DNA of 64,000 bases from an uncultured bacterium. GTDB lineage: Bacteria; Babelota; Babeliae; Babelales; Babelaceae. How positions within the stretch are numbered: position 1 is the first letter of the stretch; each line of letters opens with the position of its first letter. The DNA is taken from assembly GCA_963824495.1 (NCBI GenBank), contig CAWGPQ010000011.1, positions 126,654 through 190,653 of the forward strand, in the 5' to 3' direction. Below, piece by piece: positions 8,588 to 18,806 of this stretch. The notes beneath the pieces are model-generated. The model did not search any database and was not told where the DNA came from. It saw only the letters and a program-made list of their open reading frames with translations. A program made the translations under genes and the position numbers.

Positions 8588-11539
8588 ATGGCACATGATA
8601 ATACTACCGGTGGGCAGCAGCCGGTAAGCTTTAAAGATACACTTAATCTTCCGCGCACTGATTTCCCTATACGTCCACAGCCTAAGGTTGATGACCCTGA
8701 GATGCTCAAGCGATGGGAAAAAGAAAAGCTTTATGAAAAAGCCTATTATAGTAATCAAGGTTCAACAAAGTATATTTTACATGATGGTCCGCCTTACGCT
8801 AATGGCTCTATACATTTAGGGCATGCTTATAATAAAGTGCTTAAAGATATTATGACAAAGGCCCACCGCATGCTTGGTCTGCATGTCCCCGTAAAACCAG
8901 GTTGGGATTGTCATGGGTTACCGATAGAATTAAAAGTGACACAGGAGCGTCCCGGTCTTTCTGCGCTTGAGCTCAAGCGGGCATGTAGGGATTACGCACA
9001 AAAATGGATCGATATACAACGTGCTGAATTTAAGCGGCTTGGTGTTGTTATGGAATGGGATCACCCGTACATCACCATGGGCCCTCACTATGAGGCAGCA
9101 GTTATACGAGCCTTCGGTGTATTTGTAGAAAAGGGTTTTATTGAGCGCAAAAACAAAACCGTAGCCTGGTGTTCTTCATGTCAAACGACACTTGCAACTG
9201 CAGAAATTGAATATAAAGAACGTAAAGATCCTTCAATTTACGTACTCTTTCCCTTTGGACAACAAACAGCACGTAAGCTCTTTCCTGAGGTTGGTGGTCG
9301 AGAGGTAAATCTGCTTGTATGGACAACTACACCATGGACTTTACCACTTAACCGTGCAGTTATGCTCAGAGCACAAGCTCAGTATCGTCTTTCTGAGCTT
9401 AATGGAAGACTCGTTATTACTGGTGCTCAGGTTGCCGATGAAGTGGCAGCTTTAATCGGTTCACCTCAACGGATGATTAAAGAATTTCCTACAGAATATC
9501 TTACTGGGAGTCTCGTTCAGCATCCGTTTTTAGACAATCTTGAAGTGCCTCTTTTAGCAGAAGAAGATGTAGCTCTCGGTGAAGGTACGGCATGTGTTCA
9601 TATTGCCCCGGGATGTGGTCCACAAGACTATGAGGTAGGAGTTAAGCACCAGCTTGAAGTGTATTCACCTATTAGTCCGCGTGGAACTTATGAGCAGGGT
9701 GTTGAGCCTGAAGAACTTGCTGGTGTGCCAGTAGCTGAAGCCCAAGGATGGGTAATTAAGCGATTAGCTGAAGTTGAGCGGTTATTTTATAAAACATCCC
9801 TTATGCATAGCTTTCCCCATTGCTGGCGTTGTCATTCCCCGTTAATTTTTAGGGCAACGCGCCAGTGGTTTTTCGATCTTAATCACAGTGCTATTAAACA
9901 ACAGGCTCTTGAAGCTATTAAAAAAATTACGTTTATACCTGAACAAGCAAGAAGCTTTTTGTATGCAACGGTTGAAAGCCGTTGGGAATGGTCACTTTCT
10001 CGTCAACGGGTATGGGGAGTGCCGATACCAGCACTTATTTGCAATGAATGTGATGTTGCCTATTGTACCCCCGGACTGGTTAATCAAGTGGCTGAAAACA
10101 CTGCTCGTGAGGGTATTGAGTATTGGGATCGCGTATTACTCGATGAGCTCGTACCAGCAAATTTTGCGTGCCCACGCTGTAAAAAATCCAATTTTCGCAA
10201 AGAGACCGATATTCTCGATGTATGGTTTGACTCAGGGGTGAGCCATTACGCTGTGCTCTACGGTAACCCTGAGTTAGGATTTCCTGCTGATCTGTATCTC
10301 GAGGGTATCGATCAGCATCGGGGATGGTTTCAAAGCTCGTTATTGACAAGCCTTGTGCTTGAAGAAGAACCTGCTATGCGTGCTATTATGACGCATGGCT
10401 TTACCGTTGATGCCAAGGGACAAAAAATGTCAAAATCTCTTGGTAATGTTGTCGCTCCCCAACAGATTATTGATCGACTTGGTACCGATGGTTTGCGTTT
10501 GTGGGTAGCCAGCATTGGGCATGAAGGTGACGCTGTGGTATCAGAGACACTATTACGTAATGTTGGCGAGGTATATCGTAAAATTCGTAATACCTGTAGA
10601 TTCTTGCTTCAAAATCTTTATGATTTTGATAAAACTACTGATGCTCTTGATATTCGTGAACTACGAGTTATTGATCAAGCCGCCCTCGCTTATCTTTATG
10701 AATTGAACAGAACGATTATACGAGAATATCTTGATGGAAACTTTACTGCCGTATTTCATACCCTTGCTGATTATTGTAGCAGCGAGCTGAGCTCGTTTTA
10801 TCTTGATATCGTCAAAGATCGTCTCTATGTCGAAGCAGCAGATGGTAAGCTCAGGCGTTCAGCGCAAACAACGCTCTGGTACATTCTTGATACGCTTACG
10901 CGTTTGATAGCACCAATAGTATCATTTACAGCTGAGCAACTTTCCGATTATTACCAAAAAGACAAAAAAGAATCGATTCATCTGCAGCTCTTCTCGCATT
11001 TACGTGATATCTGGCATAGTATGGCTCATGAAGAAGTTAACGAAAAACCCTTAGGGTTGCTGCCTGCCTCTTATTTTGGCCATATTGTCGATACTGAGCG
11101 TGCTATCGAAGAGATATCATGGATTAGCAAACATACGCGTGAGTGGGAATTGCTTAAAGATATTCGATCGGCAGTACTTAAAGCCATTGAGCTCCAGCGC
11201 GAAAAAGGACTTATTAAACACTCTCTTGAAGCACAAGTTACGCTTTTTATTAATAAAAATATGAAGGGCTATGATATAGTACAGGCATTTTATACTACGC
11301 TCGATCAAGCAGGTGAATCACACGAAGAATTCTATAAAGAATTCTTTATCGTTTCTCAAGTAGCACTAGCTCACAGTGCTGAAGGCTTAGAGCCAACAGT
11401 ACGGGAAGGTCTATATGCTCGTATTGATCATGCGCAAGGAACCAAGTGTCCTCGTTGCTGGCAATGGGAAATAACTACTAATCCTTATGGCTTGTGTCGT
11501 CGTTGTCAAGAAGTGCTGAAAGTGCAACAGGAAGGATAG
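8588..11539 (+). CDS. ileS: Isoleucine--tRNA ligase
   Basis: DGPPYANG..HLGH, WTTTPWTLP, KMSKS, C-terminal CPRCW zinc finger. Confidence 0.97.
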   Translation: MAHDNTTGGQQPVSFKDTLNLPRTDFPIRPQPKVDDPEMLKRWEKEKLYEKAYYSNQGSTKYILHDGPPYANGSIHLGHAYNKVLKDIMTKAHRMLGLHVPVKPGWDCHGLPIELKVTQERPGLSALELKRACRDYAQKWIDIQRAEFKRLGVVMEWDHPYITMGPHYEAAVIRAFGVFVEKGFIERKNKTVAWCSSCQTTLATAEIEYKERKDPSIYVLFPFGQQTARKLFPEVGGREVNLLVWTTTPWTLPLNRAVMLRAQAQYRLSELNGRLVITGAQVADEVAALIGSPQRMIKEFPTEYLTGSLVQHPFLDNLEVPLLAEEDVALGEGTACVHIAPGCGPQDYEVGVKHQLEVYSPISPRGTYEQGVEPEELAGVPVAEAQGWVIKRLAEVERLFYKTSLMHSFPHCWRCHSPLIFRATRQWFFDLNHSAIKQQALEAIKKITFIPEQARSFLYATVESRWEWSLSRQRVWGVPIPALICNECDVAYCTPGLVNQVAENTAREGIEYWDRVLLDELVPANFACPRCKKSNFRKETDILDVWFDSGVSHYAVLYGNPELGFPADLYLEGIDQHRGWFQSSLLTSLVLEEEPAMRAIMTHGFTVDAKGQKMSKSLGNVVAPQQIIDRLGTDGLRLWVASIGHEGDAVVSETLLRNVGEVYRKIRNTCRFLLQNLYDFDKTTDALDIRELRVIDQAALAYLYELNRTIIREYLDGNFTAVFHTLADYCSSELSSFYLDIVKDRLYVEAADGKLRRSAQTTLWYILDTLTRLIAPIVSFTAEQLSDYYQKDKKESIHLQLFSHLRDIWHSMAHEEVNEKPLGLLPASYFGHIVDTERAIEEISWISKHTREWELLKDIRSAVLKAIELQREKGLIKHSLEAQVTLFINKNMKGYDIVQAFYTTLDQAGESHEEFYKEFFIVSQVALAHSAEGLEPTVREGLYARIDHAQGTKCPRCWQWEITTNPYGLCRRCQEVLKVQQEG

Positions 11540-11587
11540 CACAAAGCTTTCGTGCTTCTGCATGATCTCTGCTATATCTGAAAAGAT

Positions 11588-12829
11588 CTACGAGGGTGAT
11601 CCTGACGGAAGCATAGGGTGGGCATGAGCCTGAGCAAGTTGAGCAATTTGTTGAGCAATCTCAGGCGGAAGATGCTGCTGACCTGCTGGTTGCCATGCAA
11701 AGCCACCCCCCCTTCCTGCTCGTGATATTCTGCCAAATACAACTCTTCCAGCTTCTCCCTCTAAAAAAGCAACAACATCAGGGTGATGGTACTGGTGAGC
11801 AAGAGCCAGAGGAGTTTGGCCATTTGCGTTAGCAAGAGTAGCGTTAGCACCACGCACAAGCAGAAGTTGAACAGTACTCAAGTTGCCGTTACGAGCTGCC
11901 AAATGTAACGGTGTATTACCCTGTACATTTTGTAGATCAATATTTGCACCAAGATCAAGTAATAGTTTTACGATATCGTCATGTCCTTGAGCAGCAGCCC
12001 AATGTAACGCTGTCATACCATGACTATCTTGATGGTTAATAGTAAGTGGTTGAGCTTGCGGTAGAGTGGAAAGTAATTCTACCACGTGCTTAGTATCTCC
12101 CCGGGCTGCTGCATAAGCGAGCAGGTTGCCCTCAAATACATTCGTTAGAGCTCGTATTGCATTTTTTATTAGGTCAGGATATTTCGGATATCGCTGAGCA
12201 ACTCTCTGGAGCTCTTCTTTGATTGGTATTCCTGCTCCATGTTCTATAAGCAGTCGAGCAGTTGCCAGTATTTGAGGGTGAAATAAAGGCCGTAATCGCG
12301 TCATGCTTATAAGATTACTTATAAGAGCAGTATCGCCATTATCATCGGTGTGATTAATATCAGCTCCATGCTCTATGAGCAATCTAGCCATATCTATACG
12401 CCCCAATTCAGCTGCCCACATAAGGGCAGTATCGCCATCATTATCAACATGATTAACATGAGCACCAGCATTTATAAGCATTCTAACTATATCTGTACGT
12501 TCACCTCTAACTGCCTCCATGAGGGCAGTATAGCCAGACTTATTGGCCTGATCAATATTAGCACCATGCTCTATGAGGAATTGAGCCATGTCGATATGCC
12601 CATAATAAGCTGCCCTTCCAAGAGCGGTGCCACCAGAAAGGCCAACATAATTAATATTGGCACCAGACTTGAGTGCGGCTTGGGCTACTGCAAGGTTACC
12701 ATTTTGGGCTGCGGCTATTAATTTTTCGTCAGCAAGCCTGATTGGCCCTTCAACCCCCATAGATTCTAATGCAAGAGCATTACCTAACACTAAGCCAATC
12801 ATGAGTAATTTTGTAATAATTTTAATCAC
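11588..12829 (-). CDS. Secreted ankyrin-repeat protein
   Basis: Signal-like N-terminus; multiple G.TAL..AA..G...... repeats. Confidence 0.92.
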   Translation of the reverse strand: MIKIITKLLMIGLVLGNALALESMGVEGPIRLADEKLIAAAQNGNLAVAQAALKSGANINYVGLSGGTALGRAAYYGHIDMAQFLIEHGANIDQANKSGYTALMEAVRGERTDIVRMLINAGAHVNHVDNDGDTALMWAAELGRIDMARLLIEHGADINHTDDNGDTALISNLISMTRLRPLFHPQILATARLLIEHGAGIPIKEELQRVAQRYPKYPDLIKNAIRALTNVFEGNLLAYAAARGDTKHVVELLSTLPQAQPLTINHQDSHGMTALHWAAAQGHDDIVKLLLDLGANIDLQNVQGNTPLHLAARNGNLSTVQLLLVRGANATLANANGQTPLALAHQYHHPDVVAFLEGEAGRVVFGRISRAGRGGGFAWQPAGQQHLPPEIAQQIAQLAQAHAHPMLPSGSPS

Positions 12830-12920
12830 AGCTTAACCCTCTCTATTTATTAAGTTGGTATCTCTATTTTTAATTATTTCATAAAAAGGGCAAGGTAGTC
12901 AAGATATTAGCAGTTAAAGC

Positions 12921-12963
12921 TTAAATAGCAGCTTAATGCTCATACAAGCGTCAGTTCTGTTTA
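12921..12963. repeat. 43-bp dispersed repeat (second copy 46902-46944)
   Basis: TTAAATAGC(A/G)GCTTAATGCTCATACAAGCGTCAGTTCTGTTTA; 42/43 identical by manual alignment. Confidence 0.85.
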
Positions 12964-13101
12964 TCGATGTGACTTCTCATGCCGTATAGGGTCGCCATAA
13001 GCTAGTGCTAAAAGTACAACAGGAAGCATAACACACCACTTTCTCATGCTTTCTCTACGATTTTTTACTGAGCACCCAAAAGCACTGTGCTTTTTTTAGC
13101 A

Positions 13102-13905
13102 CTAAGAAGTTGAAGCACCACCTGCAACAGGAGGTCTCGTCATATGAGCTATAATACGTTTAATAATCTCATCAGGATCAAAGTTTGTGTATAATTGACG
13201 CATTTCTGGACGTGGCAATTCTTGAAAGGCTCTCTGTAGCGCTTCATGTGCTGTTGGTATATTTACATAATTGCGCAAGAATTCAACGACATCTTGGTAG
13301 CCGCCTGACGGCAGGGATATCTTCACGCATAATCGCTTCTTGCCTATTGCGTTGGACAAGCTGAAGGGCTGTTAAGCCTTGGTTATTAGTCAGTCTTAAG
13401 TTAGCATCATACTTAAGCAATAGTCTTACGATATCGACATGACCTTGTGCAACAGCCCAATGCAGAGCAGCATCTTGTCGATTAATATCGAGGAAGTTTG
13501 CTTGTTGGGCAGGGCTAAAGACGGCATTAAGCAAGCCTTGAAAATAGTCTTGTATATTTTGTGCAAGAGATGGCGATCTGGCTTGCTGGGGTGCTATATT
13601 TTCAGCTCTCACTTTGGGCGGTATGGTAGCTAGTAGCTGCGCTACGCGTTCTCTATTGCCCAGAGCTGCAGCATAAGCTAGCTGGTTGCCGTCAATTGCT
13701 CTCTCTGGGTCTTGTGGTACCATTCTCTCGTAGATGCTGGGCAATTCTCTGAAGCTCTACCTCAGTTGGCATTCTTGCTCCATGCTCTATAAGCACTCGA
13801 GCAGTTGCCAGTAGTCTGGGATAGAATGTTAGCACGATTAATATTAGCACCCTATTCTATAAGTACTTGGACGATTCCAGCGTCTGCACTCTCAACTGCG
13901 CACAT
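13102..13905 (-). pseudogene. Degraded ankyrin-repeat gene, paralog of 11588-12829
   Basis: Fragments GNQLAYAAALG, ALHWAVAQGHVDIVRLLL and LATARVLIEHGA in different frames, with internal deletions. Confidence 0.75.
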
Positions 13906-14012
13906 AATCAGATTAAGCAAGAGTTTAAGTTTGTTTGTATCTCTTGATATATCCAGACAAATAGCAGCATGATGTTCTATAAGTATTCACGCATTACTGT
14001 AAGGAGAAATAT

Positions 14013-14561
14013 ATGGCAAAAGAACTAGATGGCTTGAATGTTGCAATTCTCGTTGAAGAGGGTTTTGAGCAAGTTGAAATGACCGAGCCCAGAAAAGCGC
14101 TTGACCAAGCTGGAGCAAAAACCCATTTGATTGTACCCGCGCGAACAAGAGTTAAAGCGTGGGACTCAACAAACTGGGGAACTGAGTTTCCCGTAGATGT
14201 CCAACTTGATGACGCCAACCCAGACGATTACGGTGCTTTACTGCTACCTGGTGGCGTCATGAACCCTGATCGCCTTCGTATGATTGCTCGCGCGGTCAAA
14301 TTTGTTAGGGATATGGGTCTTTCAGGTAAACCTATCGCAGTGATTTGCCATGGACCATGGACTCTTATTAATGCAGGCTTGGTCAAGGGCCGCACCATAA
14401 CATCCTGGCCCTCGCTTCATATCGATCTTGTAAATGCGGGAGCAAACTGGGTTAATGAACAAGTTGTCAGGGATGGCAATCTACTATCGAGCCGTAGGCC
14501 GGATGATATCCCCGCATTTAACCTGGCAATGATCGACTTGTTTGCCGAAGCTCGTCGCTAA
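14013..14561 (+). CDS. PfpI/DJ-1 family type-1 glutamine amidotransferase-like protein
   Basis: GFEQVEMTEP, LLLPGGVMNPD, ICHGPW nucleophile elbow, SRRPDD; AAGGAG RBS. Confidence 0.93.
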   Translation: MAKELDGLNVAILVEEGFEQVEMTEPRKALDQAGAKTHLIVPARTRVKAWDSTNWGTEFPVDVQLDDANPDDYGALLLPGGVMNPDRLRMIARAVKFVRDMGLSGKPIAVICHGPWTLINAGLVKGRTITSWPSLHIDLVNAGANWVNEQVVRDGNLLSSRRPDDIPAFNLAMIDLFAEARR

Positions 14562-14575
14562 ATTCAAGTAGTGTA

Positions 14576-16567
14576 TTATTTCTTGCCCACTGTTCTTCGT
14601 GGCAGCGGTGTTCCTGGCTTGTGTTCTTGCTCTTTCTTCTCTTCTGCTTTAAAGAGCTCATTGAGCTGCGCTATGCTTGTTCCAAGTTTTTCAATGTAAT
14701 GGGTAAAAAATCCAAGTGGTTGTAGGATGTTCTGTTCACGAAGGGCTTTTTCTTCAGGCTTATCGGCTGGTAGCGGTTGTGAGCTTGCGTTTTCGAGTTT
14801 TTTTGTCAAAAGATCGTGAAGCGCAACAATGTGCTCTTTGAGATCTTTGTATCGCTTGTCTATCCCTTGCCAAAGCTCTTTGTATTGCTTTTTTTTGCGA
14901 TCGGTTTTCAGCTCTTTTAGCTGATTATAAATGTGTTCAAGGGAATTTACCATTAAAGGCAAATTAACAGTTTGCGCAAACAAATTCAGTTCCTGCATGG
15001 TTTGTTCATTAACCGGTGATTGCGCTATCTTATCGATAAATTCTTTATTTAGGTAGTGCTTTATATTAAAGAGCATTTCATCAACTTGAGCAATTTGCAT
15101 GCCTAAAACATCAAATGCTTCTTCTTCTTTTTTCTCTTTTTTCTCTTTCTTATCTTTTTCTTCTTTCTTGTCTTTTCCCTCTCCTTTTTTATCTTGCTTA
15201 TCTTTTTCTTCTTTCTTATCTTTATCTTCTTTTTTCTTACCACCCTTACCGCCTTTTCCACTTCCACCATCTTTTTCGGGAGCTTTTGGTTCTTCGGGGG
15301 TACCGGGGCCTCCGGCTGCGCCAGCTCCACCTGTAAGAGGTGGTGGGCCAAACCTCGGCACACCTGCAAACTCCGGCTTAAGCTCCGGTGTTGTGCGTGA
15401 TGGTCGCTGTTCGTAAGGACCACCAGGTGAAGGCTTAGGCACTAATTTAAAGAGTTCTTGTTGCTCTTTGAGTCGCTCTTTTTCAGCTGTTTCTAGTTCT
15501 TTTCTAAGAGCAAGTTCTTGTGGTTCATAGTTCTTTAAGAATTTCTCAAGATCGGTTACAACGTGCTGATTATAAATGGCAGTACTGAGCGCATCAAGTA
15601 TTGAGCGAAGTGCTTTTTGAGCACCAGCTTCAACCTCTTGACGAGATGCCTTAAGCGCTTGGAGCTCTCTATCTACTTGAGCACGCGCTTTGGGATCTTT
15701 TAACATTTGATAGGCATTGGTAATAATACTGAAAGTAAGGCGGGCATTTTTAAGGGCGTGTTCAAGATCTCTCCCAACAACACCTTGAGCACTCAGGTAG
15801 TTTTGTACATGCTCAGGTGATTGTGCTTGAGCAAGGCGTTGATAAGCCCTCTCAAGTTCTTCTTGACTTGCTTGATAGGATACACCGAGAATATCGTAAG
15901 GGTTATCTATGTCTTCAGCGAGTATAACATCTTCTATAACAAATTGCGGCTCGTATATATCAAGCGTATCAGCTAGTTGACTAAGAGCTTTCATAAGGGG
16001 TAGAAATTCTTGCGTTGTTAAACGTTGATAATGAACCGGTTTGCGTATAACTCTTAAATAAAAGATCATATCATTGAGCTCTTCCTGCCATGATGCAAGC
16101 TGCCGATGCTCAAGTACATGGCTTGATGCCTTTTGTCTTAACTGAGAAATACGAGCTACTAAGCGGTCAAGAACAGCATGTGTCTGCTGAGCATTATATT
16201 CTGAAGGAAGAGGTGGTGGTTGAGGAGCCGCTGGTTTTTCTGCTTCAACTGGTGCTTTTGGTTCTGTTGGCGCTGTTGGTGCTGTTGGCTCAAGGGGCTC
16301 AAAAGTATCGGGATTGAACCCCATATCGACCAGTGTGTTTCGTGCTTCTTGTTCTATTTTTTCAAGTTCTTCAGGACTTAACGACGCAAGATAATCGAAT
16401 AGTCCTTGCATTTCTTTAAGTTGTGCATCATTTAAAGAGGGAAGCTCTGGTCCGCCAAAGGGTGACTGTTGCATATCAAGTTCGGCTACGCTTGTGCCTA
16501 TTAAAAATATACTGAATAAACTAATGATAAGAGAGAAGTTTTTGTTCATACTCATGTTCATATTCAT
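14576..16567 (-). CDS. Secreted protein with J-domain-like region and Lys/Glu/Asp low-complexity tract
   Basis: NPYDILGVSYQASQEEL..AY..LA and NAYQMLKDPKARA; KKEDKDKKEEK repeats. Confidence 0.7.
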   Translation of the reverse strand: MNMNMSMNKNFSLIISLFSIFLIGTSVAELDMQQSPFGGPELPSLNDAQLKEMQGLFDYLASLSPEELEKIEQEARNTLVDMGFNPDTFEPLEPTAPTAPTEPKAPVEAEKPAAPQPPPLPSEYNAQQTHAVLDRLVARISQLRQKASSHVLEHRQLASWQEELNDMIFYLRVIRKPVHYQRLTTQEFLPLMKALSQLADTLDIYEPQFVIEDVILAEDIDNPYDILGVSYQASQEELERAYQRLAQAQSPEHVQNYLSAQGVVGRDLEHALKNARLTFSIITNAYQMLKDPKARAQVDRELQALKASRQEVEAGAQKALRSILDALSTAIYNQHVVTDLEKFLKNYEPQELALRKELETAEKERLKEQQELFKLVPKPSPGGPYEQRPSRTTPELKPEFAGVPRFGPPPLTGGAGAAGGPGTPEEPKAPEKDGGSGKGGKGGKKKEDKDKKEEKDKQDKKGEGKDKKEEKDKKEKKEKKEEEAFDVLGMQIAQVDEMLFNIKHYLNKEFIDKIAQSPVNEQTMQELNLFAQTVNLPLMVNSLEHIYNQLKELKTDRKKKQYKELWQGIDKRYKDLKEHIVALHDLLTKKLENASSQPLPADKPEEKALREQNILQPLGFFTHYIEKLGTSIAQLNELFKAEEKKEQEHKPGTPLPRRTVGKK

Positions 16568-16620
16568 GTTTCCTGCTCGTTATGCTAGCAGATTTAATTA
16601 TACTAGTATAGTATACCTGA

Positions 16621-17034
16621 ATGCATGAAATTCGTAAATGGTTATTTGTTATGTCAACTATTAATTTAAAAATAAGTCTTGCTCAAGCTCGTACTGGATT
16701 TTTTATGCTGGAGCTTGCTCTAAGTTTAGCTATGGCGGGGATACTTGCTGCTTGTGCTTGCTCTTGGTATGTACATTGTCTTATGCGTGAGCATCAGGCG
16801 TATGGTGAGCTTGAAGCACTTGCGCTTGGAGCATCTGTGCTTGATCGGATCATGGCAGATCCATCGCAAGTGTCAGCTAATAGCCTACCAAAAAAACAGG
16901 GATATGATATCGGTATCGATAGGATACCCCTGGGAACACTATCCGGATATATGCAAGTTACCGTAACGGTGTCCTGGACTGATCAGTATGCACATGAGTG
17001 TTCTCTCAAATTACTAACTGGAATATTGCTGTGA
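16621..17034 (+). CDS. Type IV pilin/pseudopilin-like protein
   Basis: Prepilin cleavage motif G-FFMLEL followed by hydrophobic helix; VTVTVSW near C-terminus. Confidence 0.7.
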   Translation: MHEIRKWLFVMSTINLKISLAQARTGFFMLELALSLAMAGILAACACSWYVHCLMREHQAYGELEALALGASVLDRIMADPSQVSANSLPKKQGYDIGIDRIPLGTLSGYMQVTVTVSWTDQYAHECSLKLLTGILL

Positions 17035-17522
17035 AGCCGGGTTTTACTCTTATCGAGTCATTGGTCTATCTTGCAGTAGGCGCAGCGCTTTCTCTTATGA
17101 TAAGCACGTTATGTATAACGTTGGTGCGCCAAAAAGCTCATGCTGTACGCAGTCGTGATAATCATCTTGCGCTTTGGATTGCGCTTGATAGAATGACTAC
17201 TGATATTAAAATGGCATCATCGGGGCGAAGTGCTTGGAAAAAAATTACCCCTGACTCTATAATTTGGCATGATCATCGAGGATACGATTGCGGGTGGAGT
17301 ATAACAAAGGGAAAATTACGGCGTCACGAAGGGAGATTCGCTATGGGTAGTTGGCACAAGCACACGGTAAATACCATAGCACTACTTGATGAGGCACTTT
17401 TTGCTCTTGAGTACTCTCCCAATGGTACCGTACAAGGTGTATGGTGTACAGTACGGCGTGCTGAGCATACGCTTAAGCGCTTTGTGTATTGCTTCTCAGG
17501 CAGAGCATATGATCTAGGATAA
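16998..17522 (+). CDS. Type IV pilin/pseudopilin-like protein (likely GTG start 17031)
   Basis: KPG-FTLIESLVYL prepilin motif; GTGA overlap with upstream stop. Confidence 0.8.
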   Translation: MFSQITNWNIAVKPGFTLIESLVYLAVGAALSLMISTLCITLVRQKAHAVRSRDNHLALWIALDRMTTDIKMASSGRSAWKKITPDSIIWHDHRGYDCGWSITKGKLRRHEGRFAMGSWHKHTVNTIALLDEALFALEYSPNGTVQGVWCTVRRAEHTLKRFVYCFSGRAYDLG

Positions 17523-17528
17523 ATCACT

Positions 17529-17942
17529 ATGCAGCTTATTATAATAATTATACTCTCGCTTTTTTTATCGCTTATTGCTTTACGCAGCTTTGAGCAAACT
17601 TCTTTAGTACAAGAAACTGTCAGCTATCTGCGTGAAACAATGGAGCTTGCTTATTGTGCCGATGCTCTTATGGCCTACGCCGTTGCTCTTTACAGAGATA
17701 GGAATGATCTGCGTACATATATTACTGAACACACAGATTACGTGATAACGAAGTTACCTCTTTTTGAGGAAAGTGACCCAAAACTAGAACAGCTGAAGTA
17801 TACGCTTACGTTTACCCAAAAGTCAGCACAAAGCGTGATGCTGAATCTTGAACTTGAGAGTACTCATACATGTCGATACTCTGCATGTTGGATGTTAAGT
17901 ATATATGAGCACGAAGGACGTATGGTGCTTTATAGAGTATAA
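17529..17942 (+). CDS. Hypothetical membrane-anchored protein, possible PilX/GspK-like minor pilin
   Basis: N-terminal hydrophobic helix; third gene of the pilin-like cluster. Confidence 0.45.
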   Translation: MQLIIIIILSLFLSLIALRSFEQTSLVQETVSYLRETMELAYCADALMAYAVALYRDRNDLRTYITEHTDYVITKLPLFEESDPKLEQLKYTLTFTQKSAQSVMLNLELESTHTCRYSACWMLSIYEHEGRMVLYRV

Positions 17943-17969
17943 AAAGTGAGCAAAAATCACTACTAAAAT

Positions 17970-18806
17970 ATGCGCAGCCGTGCTATACTATTAGAAAGAC
18001 TTTTAATATATAAGGTGTACATAATGAATACTATGCAAAAGCCCATCGCCCAAAGATCCCCTAAGCAGAAAGAATTTGAGTTATTGAGAAATGCCCTCGT
18101 ACAGGGAGCAACTGATGAAGAATTTGCTCATTTTACCTATTTATGCAAGGAATATAATCTTGACCCTCTTAAGAAGGAAATTTACTTTCTAAAATATGGC
18201 GGAAAGCCGACAATTATAACGAGTCGCGATGGCTATCTTAAAATAGCAAATCTTAGCAAACATTTTGACGGTATGGAAAGTGATGTTGTCTATCAGGGTG
18301 ACAAGCTGACCAAGCGTGCTGACGGGAGCTTACATATAGAATATAGTGAAGCCCACTTAATGTTTGACAAGACAAAATTGAGCGGTGCCTACTGTAATGT
18401 TTTTAGAAAAGACAGGGCTAAAGCTATAGCAGTTTTTGTTAGCTTAAGAGATTATTATAAAAAAGGCGCACCCATTTGGGATCAATATATTAATGCTATG
18501 ATTCTTAAGGTTGCTGAATCTATGGCACTTAAGCGAGCATTTGCCATTAGTGGATTAGTTACCAAAGAAGAAATTGAAGGTCGAGATGAGTTATATAATG
18601 AAGAATATGCTGAGCTTACGGGCGGCCAGCCTATAACTGATGCTCAGCGTAAAGAGTTATTTGCCGTAGCACACCTAAAAAATATAAGTGATGATGCTTT
18701 GAAAGAGCTTTTGATTAAGAACTTTACCAAAAGTTCGACAAAAGATCTTACACATGAGGAAGTACAACGTCTTCTAGCACTGCTTCATGGTACAAGCACA
18801 GTTTAA
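17970..18806 (+). CDS. RecT/Bet-family single-strand annealing recombinase (likely start 18023)
   Basis: LDPLKKEIYFLKY, ITSRDGYLKIA, GAYCNVFRKDR, AMILKVAESMALKRAF. Confidence 0.88.
   Translation: MRSRAILLERLLIYKVYIMNTMQKPIAQRSPKQKEFELLRNALVQGATDEEFAHFTYLCKEYNLDPLKKEIYFLKYGGKPTIITSRDGYLKIANLSKHFDGMESDVVYQGDKLTKRADGSLHIEYSEAHLMFDKTKLSGAYCNVFRKDRAKAIAVFVSLRDYYKKGAPIWDQYINAMILKVAESMALKRAFAISGLVTKEEIEGRDELYNEEYAELTGGQPITDAQRKELFAVAHLKNISDDALKELLIKNFTKSSTKDLTHEEVQRLLALLHGTSTV

Noticed and set aside
14013..14561. pfpI as part of a mobile element because it looks somewhat more GC-rich
   Set aside because: No IS ends, repeats or mobility genes flank it; the composition difference was judged only by eye.
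15099..15423. Several overlapping Phe/Ser/Leu- or Lys/Arg-rich ORFs
   Set aside because: Shadow frames of the low-complexity tract in 14576-16567.
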